Assembly: GCA_963841435.1 (NCBI GenBank) | Contig: CAWJCS010000004.1 | Location: 448,001 to 512,000 of the forward strand | DNA: 64,000 nucleotides | Direction of reading: 5' to 3' | Source: an uncultured delta proteobacterium | GTDB lineage: Bacteria; Myxococcota_A; Polyangia; Polyangiales; Polyangiaceae | Shown: one piece after another, positions 19,615 to 30,691 of the stretch | Position numbering within the stretch: the stretch's first letter is position 1 | Layout: each line of letters begins with the position of its first letter | Translations under genes and position numbers: made by a program | Notes under the pieces: generated by a model | Database searches by the model: none | Told to the model about the DNA's origin: nothing | What the model saw: only the letters and a program-made list of their open reading frames with translations

Positions 19615-20922
19615 GTGCACGTGTTAACCCATGACCACCGAGCCAGGCGGGAGCGCCTCATGGGCGAGCTCGCTCGCGGCGCGCTCGTCCTCTTCTCCGC
19701 CAAATTGCAGCTCCGAAACAACAACGTCGAGCAGGAGTGGCGTCAGGATTCGGATTTTCATTACCTGTCCGGGTGGGACGAGCCCGATAGCGTCCTCGTC
19801 CTGCGAGGCGGGCCGGACGCGAAGTTCGTGCTCTTCGTGCCGCCGCGCGACCCCAATCGCGAGACGTGGGACGGACCACGGGCGGGTGTGGCGGGCGCGG
19901 AAGCCGACTTCGGAGCCGATGCTGCGTATCCGATCGCGGAGCTCGACGCACGGCTGCCCGAGTTGCTCTCCAACATCGAGAGCGTGCACTACCGGCTCGG
20001 GCGAGAGCGCCGGGACGACGAGGTCGTCCTGCGCGCGCTCGACGGCGTGCGGCGGCTCGCGCGTCGTGGCGTGACTTTTCCCCACGCCATCGTGGACCCG
20101 GCGGCTTCCCTGCACGAGCATCGGCTCTGCAAGACCGACGCCGAGGTACAGAGCATGGTCCACGCGGCTCGGATCACCGGTGAAGGTCATCGCGAGGTCA
20201 TGCAGCGGGTGGCCGCTGGGATGTACGAATACGAGGCCGAAGCCGTGCTTCGCGGGGCTTTTCGCCGGGCCGGCTCCGAGCGTCAGGCGTATCCGCCCAT
20301 CGTGGGGTCGGGTCCGAACGCGACCATCTTGCACTATCGGAAGAACGACCGGCGGATGGCCGACGGTGACCTGCTCTTGGTGGACGCCGGTTGCGAGTAC
20401 GACTACTACGCGAGCGACGTGACTCGGACCTTTCCCGTCAGCGGGCGTTTCAGTCCCGAGCAGCGCGCCGTCTACGACGTCGTGCTCGCCGCCCAGACCG
20501 CGGCCATCGACGCCGTGCGCCCGGGCGCGACCCTCGACGAGGTCCACCGCGTGGCGCTCGCGGTGCTCGCGGAGGGCCTCATCGACCTCGGCGTCGTCGA
20601 AGGGTCCGTCGATCGCGTCCTCGCCGACGAGCTCTACAAGCCTTGGTACATGCATCGCACGAGCCACTGGCTCGGGATGGACGTTCACGACGTCGGCGCG
20701 TACCACGAGGCCGGCAAGCCGCGCTCGCTCGAACCTGGCATGGTGCTCACCGTCGAGCCGGGGCTCTACTTCGGCGCGAACGACGAGCGCGTGAAACCCG
20801 CGCTACGCGGGATCGGCGTGCGTATCGAGGACGACGTGCTCACGACCACGAGCGCCCCTCGGGTCCTCAGTGAGTCGATCCCGAAGGCGATCGACGCGAT
20901 CGAGCAAGCGTGCCGCGGGTAG
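19615..20922 (+). CDS. pepP: Xaa-Pro aminopeptidase (aminopeptidase P, M24B)
   Basis: RQDSDFHYLSG, LVDAGCE, YASDVTRTFP, HRTSHWLGMDVHD, TVEPGLY, GVRIEDD. Confidence 0.93.
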   Translation: MHVLTHDHRARRERLMGELARGALVLFSAKLQLRNNNVEQEWRQDSDFHYLSGWDEPDSVLVLRGGPDAKFVLFVPPRDPNRETWDGPRAGVAGAEADFGADAAYPIAELDARLPELLSNIESVHYRLGRERRDDEVVLRALDGVRRLARRGVTFPHAIVDPAASLHEHRLCKTDAEVQSMVHAARITGEGHREVMQRVAAGMYEYEAEAVLRGAFRRAGSERQAYPPIVGSGPNATILHYRKNDRRMADGDLLLVDAGCEYDYYASDVTRTFPVSGRFSPEQRAVYDVVLAAQTAAIDAVRPGATLDEVHRVALAVLAEGLIDLGVVEGSVDRVLADELYKPWYMHRTSHWLGMDVHDVGAYHEAGKPRSLEPGMVLTVEPGLYFGANDERVKPALRGIGVRIEDDVLTTTSAPRVLSESIPKAIDAIEQACRG

Positions 20923-21533
20923 CGTTGCTCCTCGGGCTCGGGCTCGTCGCGAGCGCCGGCCCGGCGTTCGCGCAGCAGGCGTTCGTCGGTCCCGACCTCT
21001 CCCCGGGCATCGCCACCACGACGCCCCCCGAAGGCGGGCCCTACGTTCACGGCTTCGGGACGGTGTCCTTCGGCAAGGGCTTCCGCTTCAACAACCCGTA
21101 TCGGCTTGCCAAGCCCATCGGCGACAGCCCCGAGTCCGTGTCGTTCACGGCGGGCTACCTCGACCTCGGGCTCGGCGCGACGTTCGGACCCGTCAAGGGG
21201 CTGCAGCACGGGGGCGAGGTCGCGCTCGCGATCGCGACGGACGGTATCTCGCAGCAAGTGCTCGGGCTGTCCTACGTGGCGCTCTGGCCCCTCGCCGATC
21301 AGGCGCTTTTGCGCGGCCGCGCGGGCTTTCCCATCGTGCTCGGCCCCGACGCGAACATCGGTCTCGAGGTCGCTGCGGGGGGCGCCTGGCTGTTCACGGG
21401 CGGCCTGGGCGTCTCCGCGGAGCTCGTCGGAAGCCTCTACTACGGTGCGGCAACCCTCGACGCGTCAACCTCGGCCATTCCGCTGCTCACCTTCGAGCTC
21501 GGGGTGTGGATCGACTACGAGGTCTTGCCGTGA
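20910..21533 (+). CDS. Putative exported outer-membrane beta-barrel protein
   Basis: Signal peptide (AFA/Q), alternating Gly/aromatic beta-strands, C-terminal LGVWIDYEVLP. Confidence 0.6.
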   Translation: MPRVALLLGLGLVASAGPAFAQQAFVGPDLSPGIATTTPPEGGPYVHGFGTVSFGKGFRFNNPYRLAKPIGDSPESVSFTAGYLDLGLGATFGPVKGLQHGGEVALAIATDGISQQVLGLSYVALWPLADQALLRGRAGFPIVLGPDANIGLEVAAGGAWLFTGGLGVSAELVGSLYYGAATLDASTSAIPLLTFELGVWIDYEVLP

Positions 21534-21928
21534 GCACCTCGTTCGGCAAGAGGGCGCTCGTGCGCGCGGGGCTCGCCCTCGTCGTCGTGCTGTTCTGCAT
21601 GGGGCCGACGCCGCCCGGCAACGTCGGCGGGTGCGGTCAGCACGCTCAGCCGCTCGATGCCACCATCTTCTTCCAGGAGTGGGCCACGATCGACTGCGAG
21701 AAGTGCACCGAGTGCAACTTCCAGAGCATGCGCTGCACCGACGCCTGCGACGCGGCGAACCTGCAGACGGCGTTCCGCGAGGGGTGCGCACCGCTCGTCC
21801 ACGACGGCGAGGTCTGCCTTCGGGCGCTACGCGCCGCCGACTGCAACGAGTACAAGGATTACGCCAAGGACGACGGCCCGCTCGTGCCCACCGAGTGTCG
21901 TTTTTGTCCTCCGGGGGTGGCACCGTGA
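21530..21928 (+). CDS. Small Cys-rich exported protein/lipoprotein
   Basis: GTG overlaps the upstream stop; hydrophobic N-terminus followed by many Cys (CEKCTEC, CTDAC, CRFC). Confidence 0.65.
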   Translation: MSTSFGKRALVRAGLALVVVLFCMGPTPPGNVGGCGQHAQPLDATIFFQEWATIDCEKCTECNFQSMRCTDACDAANLQTAFREGCAPLVHDGEVCLRALRAADCNEYKDYAKDDGPLVPTECRFCPPGVAP

Positions 21929-23055
21929 ACCGCGCGTGGTCCGCAGCCGCCGTGGTCGTCGCCTCGTTCGTCGCCACGGGGGGCGGCTGCGGCGTCGGAC
22001 GTCAGCTCGTCACCCCGCGCGAGCAGTACCGGCTCTATCGCGAGACCCACGTGGCCCCGACCGTCGAGGCGCGACTCGCCGCCGGGCACAGGTACCTGAA
22101 GCTTGCGCCGGACGGAGAGTACGCGCCCGAGGTGCGGTCGTGGTTCTCGAGCACCGAGCGCGATGTCGTGCTCAGGGCTCACGACAGCCTGCCCCGGTTG
22201 CGCGCCTACCTGGCTGCGCTGCCCGACGGGCCGCGGGCGGGCGAGGTGCGGCAACGCGAGCGGGAGCTCGAGGACGTTCTCGGCTCGGCCAAAGATCGAG
22301 AGCTCAACCGGGACGCGCGGCTTGCGAATCTCCAGGCGGATCTCGAGCGCGCTGCCGAACAGCGCAGCGCCTTCCTCGAGCAACTGCGGACGTGGATCGG
22401 CCGCCTGTCCGAGGCGCGCGCCTGGGGACAGGCGCCCACGAGCCTCGACGCAGCGCTCGTTTCCGACCTCGCGCTCGACGATCCAGCGACGTGCCAGCTC
22501 GACGTCTGCGAGAAGTCGCTGGTCGCGCGCTTCGCCATCCCCCACGCGCAGGGGCGCCTCGTGCCCCGGGACGCATCGTTCGGCGTCGAGATCGTGCTTT
22601 CTGGCGGAAGCGTCGCCGAGATTCGCCTGCAGGGTCGGGAGCTCTTCAGCCGCGTGGGCGAAGCCCTCGACCTGAAAGCCGTGTCGTTCGCCGACCCGCT
22701 GGCGCGCGCCGAGGCCATCGGCCGCGCGCTCGTGCTGGTCACGGGCGCGCTCGGCGATCGATTCCCCGAGGATCGTTGCGCGCGGCCCGCCGTGAGCCCC
22801 GTCGTGCTCGATCGCGCCTGCGACGGCACGCGCATCACCGTCACGGCCGCAGTCGACACGGGGCAGAGCGACGTCATCGCGTTCGCTCCTGAGCCGGTCC
22901 CGGCTCCCGATGCGGGCGCCCCACCGGGCAAGCGGGGGCAGAAAGCAAAACCTGCTCCCGCCGCGAAGCCCGTCGCGCCCGCCACACCGTCGGCTGCACC
23001 CGCGCCACCGGTGGGCACAGCGCCCGCATTCGGCGCGCCGGTTCCGGGGAACTGA
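21925..23055 (+). CDS. Putative lipoprotein with Pro/Ala-rich tail
   Basis: GTGA overlap; signal ending GGGC; helical N-terminal half. Confidence 0.65.
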   Translation: MNRAWSAAAVVVASFVATGGGCGVGRQLVTPREQYRLYRETHVAPTVEARLAAGHRYLKLAPDGEYAPEVRSWFSSTERDVVLRAHDSLPRLRAYLAALPDGPRAGEVRQRERELEDVLGSAKDRELNRDARLANLQADLERAAEQRSAFLEQLRTWIGRLSEARAWGQAPTSLDAALVSDLALDDPATCQLDVCEKSLVARFAIPHAQGRLVPRDASFGVEIVLSGGSVAEIRLQGRELFSRVGEALDLKAVSFADPLARAEAIGRALVLVTGALGDRFPEDRCARPAVSPVVLDRACDGTRITVTAAVDTGQSDVIAFAPEPVPAPDAGAPPGKRGQKAKPAPAAKPVAPATPSAAPAPPVGTAPAFGAPVPGN

Positions 23056-23088
23056 CGGCCGTCCGAGGACTGACCAGCGTCGAGCATC

Positions 23089-23988
23089 GTGACCCCGCTC
23101 ATCCCGTACATCGAGCTACCGGATCTCGTGCTGCTCCCCGCGCATGCGCTGCACGGGTTCCCACCCGTGCCGATTGCGCTCAAGCCGTTCGGTACGCTCG
23201 TCGCGTGCGGTGTCTACTTCGGCACTTCCTCCGCCGTTCGTCACGCGCGCCGGCTCGGCATGAACGAGAAGGCGATGGTTTCGTTTCTCACGTACATCGT
23301 CGTCATCAGCTTCGTGTTCGGTCACATGCTGGACACGCTGACCTACTACCCGGGCGAAGTGATGCGAGATCCTTTCGTGCTCTTGCGGCTGTGGGAAGGC
23401 CTTTCGAGCTTCGGCGGGTTCACTGGCGCCATCGTGGCGGGCTTTCTCTGGCGGGCGCGGCACCGCACACCGATTCTCGCGTACACGGACGTCGTCACCG
23501 CGTCGTTCCCCGTGAGCTGGACGTTCGGGCGACTGGGGTGCAGCATCGCGCACGATCACCCGGGAATCCGGAGCAACGCCTGGTTCGCGGTGAAGTACCC
23601 CGACGGTGGTCGGCTCGATCTCGGCCTCCTGGAGCTCGTCGTCACCGTCATCATGATGATCACGTTCCTTCGGCTCGCGCGTCGGCCGCGCCCGTGGGGT
23701 TTCTTCGCCGGATGGATGTGCGCTTCGTACGCGCCCATTCGCTTTGCCCTGGATTTCCTGCGGGAGCGGGAGTTCGCCCCCGTGCCGGGGCTGATGACGG
23801 GTGGCGACGCCCGTTACCTCGCGCTGACGCCCGCACAATGGGGTTGCCTGCCACTCTTCGCCGTCGGGGTCCTCTTGCTCGCCCGCTTGCCGCGAGCGGG
23901 CACGACCCTGCCGCCCGTGCCGCTGGCCTTCCGGCGTTCAGTTCCGAAACCAGAGCGCGTGGTGAGCGACGCGCGCCCGGACCGGTAG
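23089..23988 (+). CDS. lgt: Prolipoprotein diacylglyceryl transferase (Lgt family)
   Basis: Multi-TM; WEGLSSFGG, FGRLGC, RFALDFLR motifs. Confidence 0.78.
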   Translation: MTPLIPYIELPDLVLLPAHALHGFPPVPIALKPFGTLVACGVYFGTSSAVRHARRLGMNEKAMVSFLTYIVVISFVFGHMLDTLTYYPGEVMRDPFVLLRLWEGLSSFGGFTGAIVAGFLWRARHRTPILAYTDVVTASFPVSWTFGRLGCSIAHDHPGIRSNAWFAVKYPDGGRLDLGLLELVVTVIMMITFLRLARRPRPWGFFAGWMCASYAPIRFALDFLREREFAPVPGLMTGGDARYLALTPAQWGCLPLFAVGVLLLARLPRAGTTLPPVPLAFRRSVPKPERVVSDARPDR

Positions 23989-24870
23989 TCGGCCGGGCGT
24001 CTCGCCGTCGAGATCGACCAGCACGTTGCCCTGGGGCGCGAGCGGGACCGCTTCGATCACCTCGCCGCGCGCCTGCTCGATCCCGGGTCGGCCGATGTGC
24101 GTGCCGCGATAGATGTGGCTCGTGAGGCCGACGACGGCGAGCCGCGTGAGGTCGCCGATGGCGACGACGTCGAGCGCGCCATCGTCAACCGACGCGTCAG
24201 GGGCCACCATCATGCCTCCGCCGAAGTACCGGCCGTTGGCGATCGCGACGTTGACGATTGGACCCTCGAGCCAAACCTTGCCGTCGATGCTCACGCGCAC
24301 CGGCGCGTTTTTGTACGCGACGAGCCCGCGCACGGTACCGAGGTAGAAGGCGGCCTTGCCGCCGAGCCATTTCGGGCCATCGTTGACGATGCGGTCGGTG
24401 AGGCCGCCGAGCCCGAAGCTCGCAATGTTGACGAACGCCTTGACGGCCGGCTCGCCGCGATGGCCCACGAGCTCGAGCACGCCGAGATCCACGGGCCTCG
24501 GCTCGTTCTTCACGATGAGCTCGACCAGCGTGTCGAGCTTCGTCTCGACGACCCCGAGCGTTCGCCGAAAGTCGCCCCCGGTCCCGAACGGCACGAGCGC
24601 GAGCGGCGGCCCGCCGAGCGGCCGACCCTCGGGGTCGAGGTACGCCTGGCTCACGTCGTTCAGCGTCCCGTCACCCCCCACGACGGCCACGAGGTTGACA
24701 TGTCCGCCGAAACAGGACCGCGCGAGGCGCTTGGCGTCCCCCGGTGCCTTGGTTTCGAGGAGCTCTGCCGCCGCGCCGTGTCGCTCGAAAGCGCGTTTGA
24801 GCGCCGGTGCAGCGCGAGCTCCAGCACCGCCGCCGGCCTTTGGGTTGACGATGACCCGAACGCTTAGCAC
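23938..24870 (-). CDS. Diacylglycerol/lipid kinase family (YegS/BmrU-like)
   Basis: IVNPKAGGG, VGGDGT, PFGTGGDF, NGRYFGGGM, DGE. Confidence 0.9.
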   Translation of the reverse strand: MLSVRVIVNPKAGGGAGARAAPALKRAFERHGAAAELLETKAPGDAKRLARSCFGGHVNLVAVVGGDGTLNDVSQAYLDPEGRPLGGPPLALVPFGTGGDFRRTLGVVETKLDTLVELIVKNEPRPVDLGVLELVGHRGEPAVKAFVNIASFGLGGLTDRIVNDGPKWLGGKAAFYLGTVRGLVAYKNAPVRVSIDGKVWLEGPIVNVAIANGRYFGGGMMVAPDASVDDGALDVVAIGDLTRLAVVGLTSHIYRGTHIGRPGIEQARGEVIEAVPLAPQGNVLVDLDGETPGRLPVRARVAHHALWFRN

Positions 24871-25003
24871 CCAAGCAGGATCGCATGCCGAGGGCCTCGG
24901 CCGGCCCCTTTTTGGTCCGCCCCTCCGTTGCCCAGCGGGCTGGCCGGGAGGCTCGGCAGGCCCGCCGTACCTCCCCGGGAACCCGGTGTTGCGACGCCAC
25001 GAC

Positions 25004-25032
25004 TTGAAAGACTGCCCGCGGAGGGCTACGTT
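25004..25032 (+). promoter_or_regulatory. Sigma70-type promoter candidate for the RRM gene
   Basis: TTGAAA (25004-25009), 17 nt, TACGTT (25027-25032). Confidence 0.5.
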
Positions 25033-25087
25033 CTAAGGGCTGGGTGGCTCCCCCCGCCTCCTGGGAGACTGCCGAAATCGAGCAACG

Positions 25088-25939
25088 ATGGCGACCGAGG
25101 ACGCAAGAAAGCTCTTCGTAGCTGGCTTGTCGGAGTCCGTCACGGAGGATGCGCTCCGCGAGATCTTCGAGGCGGCCGGCGGCAGCGTCGTCGACGTGAG
25201 CTTGCCGCGCGATCGCGCAACGGGCCGACCGCGCGGCTTCGGCTTCGTGACGTTCTCGACCGCCGAGGAAGCCGCCCAGGCCCGCAACTCGCTCGATGGC
25301 TCGCTTCAAGCCGGGCGGGCGATGTCCGTCCGCCCGTTCTCCTCGGAGCCTCCGCGGCGCGGCGAGACGCGAACTGATGGGGGCGCCGCGAGCGCCAGCG
25401 AGGATCGCACGCTCTACGTGGGAAATCTTCCGTACGACGCGTCTCAGCAAGAGGTCACGGATTTCCTCGGTGAGCACGGCGTGACGGCGATCGTTCGAGT
25501 GCACTTGCCGAGCGGCCCCGACGGTCGGCCGCGTGGCTTCGGCTTCGTGACGCTCGGTACCGCAGAAGCCGCGAACGAAGCGATCATCCAGCTCCGCGGT
25601 GTCGAGGTGCGCGGTCGGCGGTTGCTCGTGAACATTGCGCACCCGCGGGGCGCGTCGCCCGGCGGGGCTGGCGGTCGCGGTGCTGGTCCGCGCCCGCCAC
25701 GCGAAGACGGTTGGGCGCCCGATCCGCGCTTCTCCGGTCCGCCACCGGGGGCGGACTTCGCTGCCGGTGGCGACACGCGCCGCCGCGGCACTGGCGCGCC
25801 CGGTGCTGGTGAAGAGGAGGGCGAGGGTCGCAAGCCCGTGAAGAAGCGCGGGGCCGGTGGGCGCAAGCGTGAACCGCAGGGCGGCGAGCGTGGCGGCGGC
25901 GGCAACTGGCGCTCCTGGAGCCGCGACGACGACGAGTAG
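25088..25939 (+). CDS. RNA-binding protein with two RRM domains and a Gly/Arg-rich tail
   Basis: RNP2/RNP1 twice: LFVAGL...RGFGFVTF and LYVGNL...RGFGFVTL. Confidence 0.9.
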   Translation: MATEDARKLFVAGLSESVTEDALREIFEAAGGSVVDVSLPRDRATGRPRGFGFVTFSTAEEAAQARNSLDGSLQAGRAMSVRPFSSEPPRRGETRTDGGAASASEDRTLYVGNLPYDASQQEVTDFLGEHGVTAIVRVHLPSGPDGRPRGFGFVTLGTAEAANEAIIQLRGVEVRGRRLLVNIAHPRGASPGGAGGRGAGPRPPREDGWAPDPRFSGPPPGADFAAGGDTRRRGTGAPGAGEEEGEGRKPVKKRGAGGRKREPQGGERGGGGNWRSWSRDDDE

Positions 25940-26138
25940 CGTCCCAACGGCAGGCCTCTCGAACGGCGGCCGCTGACTGGCTGGCCGGTCCTGGCCGGGA
26001 ATCGTGCGTTTCTCGCCGAACACCCAGCAAGTGTTTATGTATGTGATTCCGCGCTCCTGGGCGGGTCCGCGGGCCGGTCCTTTGAGCCCCGATTGCGGAG
26101 GCCCAAACACGCGTGCTACGAGCTGGGGGCTCAGATAG

Positions 26139-27278
<1,140 letters not shown>

Positions 27279-27325
27279 GGGCCGCGACGAGCGGCCCCCA
27301 CCGCTAGGACGCCTGGAATCGCATC

Positions 27326-28204
27326 ATGGGCCTCTTCAAGCGGCTGCGCGACACGGTGCTCGTCGTCCTGCTCCTGGCACTCCCGTTCTTCTTTTTGCGC
27401 GCGAGCATTCGGCGTCCGGAGGAGCTCAGCGCAGTAGACCGCGCCATCTTGCGCATCGCCGCTCCGTTGCAGTACGCCGCAGCGGCGCTGTCGCGTGGCA
27501 CTTCGCGCCTCGTGGGGCAATACGTCTACCTCGTGGATGTAAAATCGGACAACGATCGGCTCGTGTACGAAAATGCCCGCCTCCGAGCGGGACAGCGCGA
27601 GCTCGCGAGCTCACTCGCGGAGAACCGGCGCCTGCGCCGCCTGCTCGGCTTGCGCGACACGTTGCAGCACGAGACGGTCAGCGCCCTCGTCGTCAGCAAG
27701 GACACGACCGAATACTTTCGCGTCTGGCACCTCACGGTCGACGCGCCGAACGCCCAGATCAAGCCCAACATGCCCGTCATCTCGCTCGACGGCGCGGTCG
27801 GAACGGTGCTGCGCGTCGCCGAGCACGAGGCCGACGTGCAGCTCACCGTGGACAGCGGATTCGGCGTCGACGTCGTCGTCGAGCGTACGGGCGCCCGCGG
27901 CTTCGTGCGAGGCTCGGGCGATCGCTCGAAATACGCCGTACGAGTCGAGTACGTGCCGCGCACCGATCTCGTCGAGGTGGGCGACCTGCTCGTCACGAGC
28001 GGCGTTGGTTGCCGCTTTCCGAAGGGAATCCCCGTGGCGCGCGTCTCGAAGGTGTTGAGGCGCGACTTCGGCATCTACCAGACGGTGGAGGCGGAACCGA
28101 CCGTCGATTTTTCGCGCCTCGAAGAGGTGCTCGTGGTGCTTGCCGACCAGAGCGAATGCGACGCCTCTCCCGTTCCGGGTCGGCGCCAGCGAGCCCAGCG
28201 ATGA
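27326..28204 (+). CDS. mreC: Rod shape-determining protein MreC
   Basis: TM, coiled coil ENRRLRRLL, GDLLVTSG, FPKGIPV; follows mreB. Confidence 0.93.
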   Translation: MGLFKRLRDTVLVVLLLALPFFFLRASIRRPEELSAVDRAILRIAAPLQYAAAALSRGTSRLVGQYVYLVDVKSDNDRLVYENARLRAGQRELASSLAENRRLRRLLGLRDTLQHETVSALVVSKDTTEYFRVWHLTVDAPNAQIKPNMPVISLDGAVGTVLRVAEHEADVQLTVDSGFGVDVVVERTGARGFVRGSGDRSKYAVRVEYVPRTDLVEVGDLLVTSGVGCRFPKGIPVARVSKVLRRDFGIYQTVEAEPTVDFSRLEEVLVVLADQSECDASPVPGRRQRAQR

Positions 28205-28219
28205 AAGGGCGGGTCGACC

Positions 28220-28756
28220 ATGCGTAGTCTCGCCTACCTCGGCGTTGCGGTTCTCCTGCTCCTCGTGCAGAGCAATCTGTTCCGGCTGACGGGGCCGATC
28301 GCCGGTTTGTTCGGGCTCTCGTGGCCCCACGGCCTCACGCCGAGCCTGGTGCTGCCCCTGATCGTGTTTTTGGGTGTGCACGAACTCTCGACGGCGCGCG
28401 GCGCGCTCCTCGCGTTCGCCATCGGCTACGCGGAGGACATCCTCGGTGGCGCGCCGATTGGCCTTTTCACCTTCGTGTCGGTGGCCGTGTGGTGGCTCTC
28501 CCGCGTCACGGGGGTCCGGCTCACCGCGCAGACCGCCTTGCCCCGCATGTCGCTCGCGCTCGCGTTCGCGCTCGTCGAGGGCGCGCTCGTCCTCATTTTG
28601 CTAGCCGTCTTCGGCGACGACAATCGGCGCCCTGTCGAGATTGCAAGCGTGGTCGTGCCGCGCGCCATTGCGACGGCCGTCTGCTCACCGCCCGTCTTCC
28701 GGCTCGCGCAACGCCTGCGCCAGGGTCCCGTTCCTGGGCGGGTTCCGGAGACCTGA
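28220..28756 (+). CDS. mreD: Rod shape-determining protein MreD
   Basis: Hydrophobic multi-TM protein between mreC and mrdA. Confidence 0.82.
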   Translation: MRSLAYLGVAVLLLLVQSNLFRLTGPIAGLFGLSWPHGLTPSLVLPLIVFLGVHELSTARGALLAFAIGYAEDILGGAPIGLFTFVSVAVWWLSRVTGVRLTAQTALPRMSLALAFALVEGALVLILLAVFGDDNRRPVEIASVVVPRAIATAVCSPPVFRLAQRLRQGPVPGRVPET

Positions 28757-28759
28757 GCC

Positions 28760-30689
28760 TTGCGCATTTTCGTGCAGCGCTCGGACGTCGGCGAGTTCCG
28801 CCGCCACTATCGCTGGATGGTGCTCGGCGTGTTCACGGGCTTTTTTCTGCTCGTGGGGCGCCTCGTCCAGCTGCAGCTCATCGAGGGCGACGTGCATCGC
28901 GCGCAGGCCCGCCGCAACATCATCCGGGAGGGCTACCTAGCGACCACGCGTGGGGTCATTCGCGACGCGCTCGGACGCGTGCTCGCCGCCAATCGGCCCG
29001 CCTACAACGTGTACGTCACGCCAGCGCGACTCGACATGGAGAAGGGTTGGCCGCTCGTCGTGCGGCTCGCGCGCCTCGAAGACGACGAACGCAAGGCCGC
29101 GGAAAAGAAGATCGTCGAGCGTCGTAAGCTCGATCCGAAGGATCGCCGACGCATGCAGCAGATCCTCGTCAAGGTGGACATCGATCGCGATGCGGTCGCC
29201 TATCTCGAAACCCACGAGCGCGAGCTCGACGGCATCGAGGTCGCTCCCGCGCCCGTGCGGTATTACCCGTTCGGCTCGCTCGGCGCACACCTGGTCGGCA
29301 CGATGCGGGAGGTGAGCCGCGAGGATCTCGCTGGGCTCGGGGAGCGCGGCTACCGCTCGGGCGACCGCACGGGTGCGATCGGCATCGAACGACGCTGGGA
29401 AAGCTACCTGCGCGGGCAGCGCGGTATGCGAAAGACGGTCCGCGGCGCCGGCCGGCGCCTCGACCCCGAGGCGCTCGAGGCGAAATACCTCGAAGAGCCC
29501 CGACGCGTCGAGCCCATCCCCGGCCGCGACGTGTCGCTCACCGTCGACGTCGACGTCGAAGCGGCCGTCGAGCGCGCCATGCGTGGTCAGCTCGCCGGGG
29601 CGGTTGTCGTCGCCGACGTGCGCACGGGGCGCATTCTGGCGGCGCTCTCCAAGCCGAGCTTCGACCCGAACGTCGTCTCGGGCGGGCAGGGGAGCAAGGC
29701 CGTGAGCGAAGCCTTCACGCGGCTCTACGCCGATCCGCTCAAGCCGACCCTCGACAAGACCATCTCCGCAGCTTACCCGCCGGGCTCCACCTACAAGCCC
29801 TTTAGCGCACTCGCGGGTCTCGCTGACGGACTCATCGACCCGCGCGCCGAGGTTGATTGTCGTGGCGGCTACGAATACGGCAAGCGCTACTTTCGTTGCA
29901 CCGGAGTACACCGCCGCGTGAACCTGCACGCCGCGATCGTGCAATCGTGCAACACGTACTTTTACGACCTCGGTTCGCGCATCAGTATCGACCGCCTGGC
30001 GTCAATCGGGCTCGATTTCGGCTTCGGGGTCGCAACGGGCATCGGCGTGAACCCCGAGGCGCGCGGGCGCATGCCCACGCGCGGCTGGTACACGCGCCGC
30101 TACAAAGAAGCGTTCCGCGGCGGCTTCACGGTTCTCTCCGCGATCGGCCAGGGGGCGACCACGGTCACGGTGCTCCAACTCGCGCTCGCGTACGCGGCGC
30201 TCGCCAACGGCGGCACCGTGTACCAACCTCAGGTCGTTCGCAGCATCGAGACGAGCGACGGGACGATCGTCCAGGAGTTTCCGCCGCGCGTGCGCCGCAT
30301 CGTCCACCTCAAGCCCGAGCACCTCGCGCTGGTCACGTCCGCGCTGCACGACGTCGTCGAACAACCGGCACGGCACGGCTTACGCGGAGCGCATCGAGGG
30401 CGTCGACGTCGCAGGCAAGACCGGTACGGCCCAGGTGAGCCATGTCACGCCGAAAGGAGTCGATCCGGGCCGGGTCTGGTACTTCAACCGCGACCACGCC
30501 TGGTTCGCGGGCTACGCCCCGGCCGGCTCGCCCGAGATCGCCATCGTCGTGCTCATCGAGCACGGCGGCGGCGGTGGCAAAAACGCCGCTCCCGTCGCGA
30601 TGCGCGTGATCCGCGACTGGCAGAAGCTCAAGGCGGATCGCCTTTCGTCGCGCGCTCCGAAGGACCAACCCGCGCGGGGGAATCTCTAG
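28760..30689 (+). CDS. mrdA: Penicillin-binding protein 2; +1 frameshift near 30368 (probable sequence error)
   Basis: PGSTYK (SxxK) and SCN (SxN) in the first frame. GTAY...AGKTGTAQ and DHAWFAGYAP lie in the next frame, which ends at 30689. Span is 3n+1. Confidence 0.9.
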
Positions 30690-30691
30690 CC

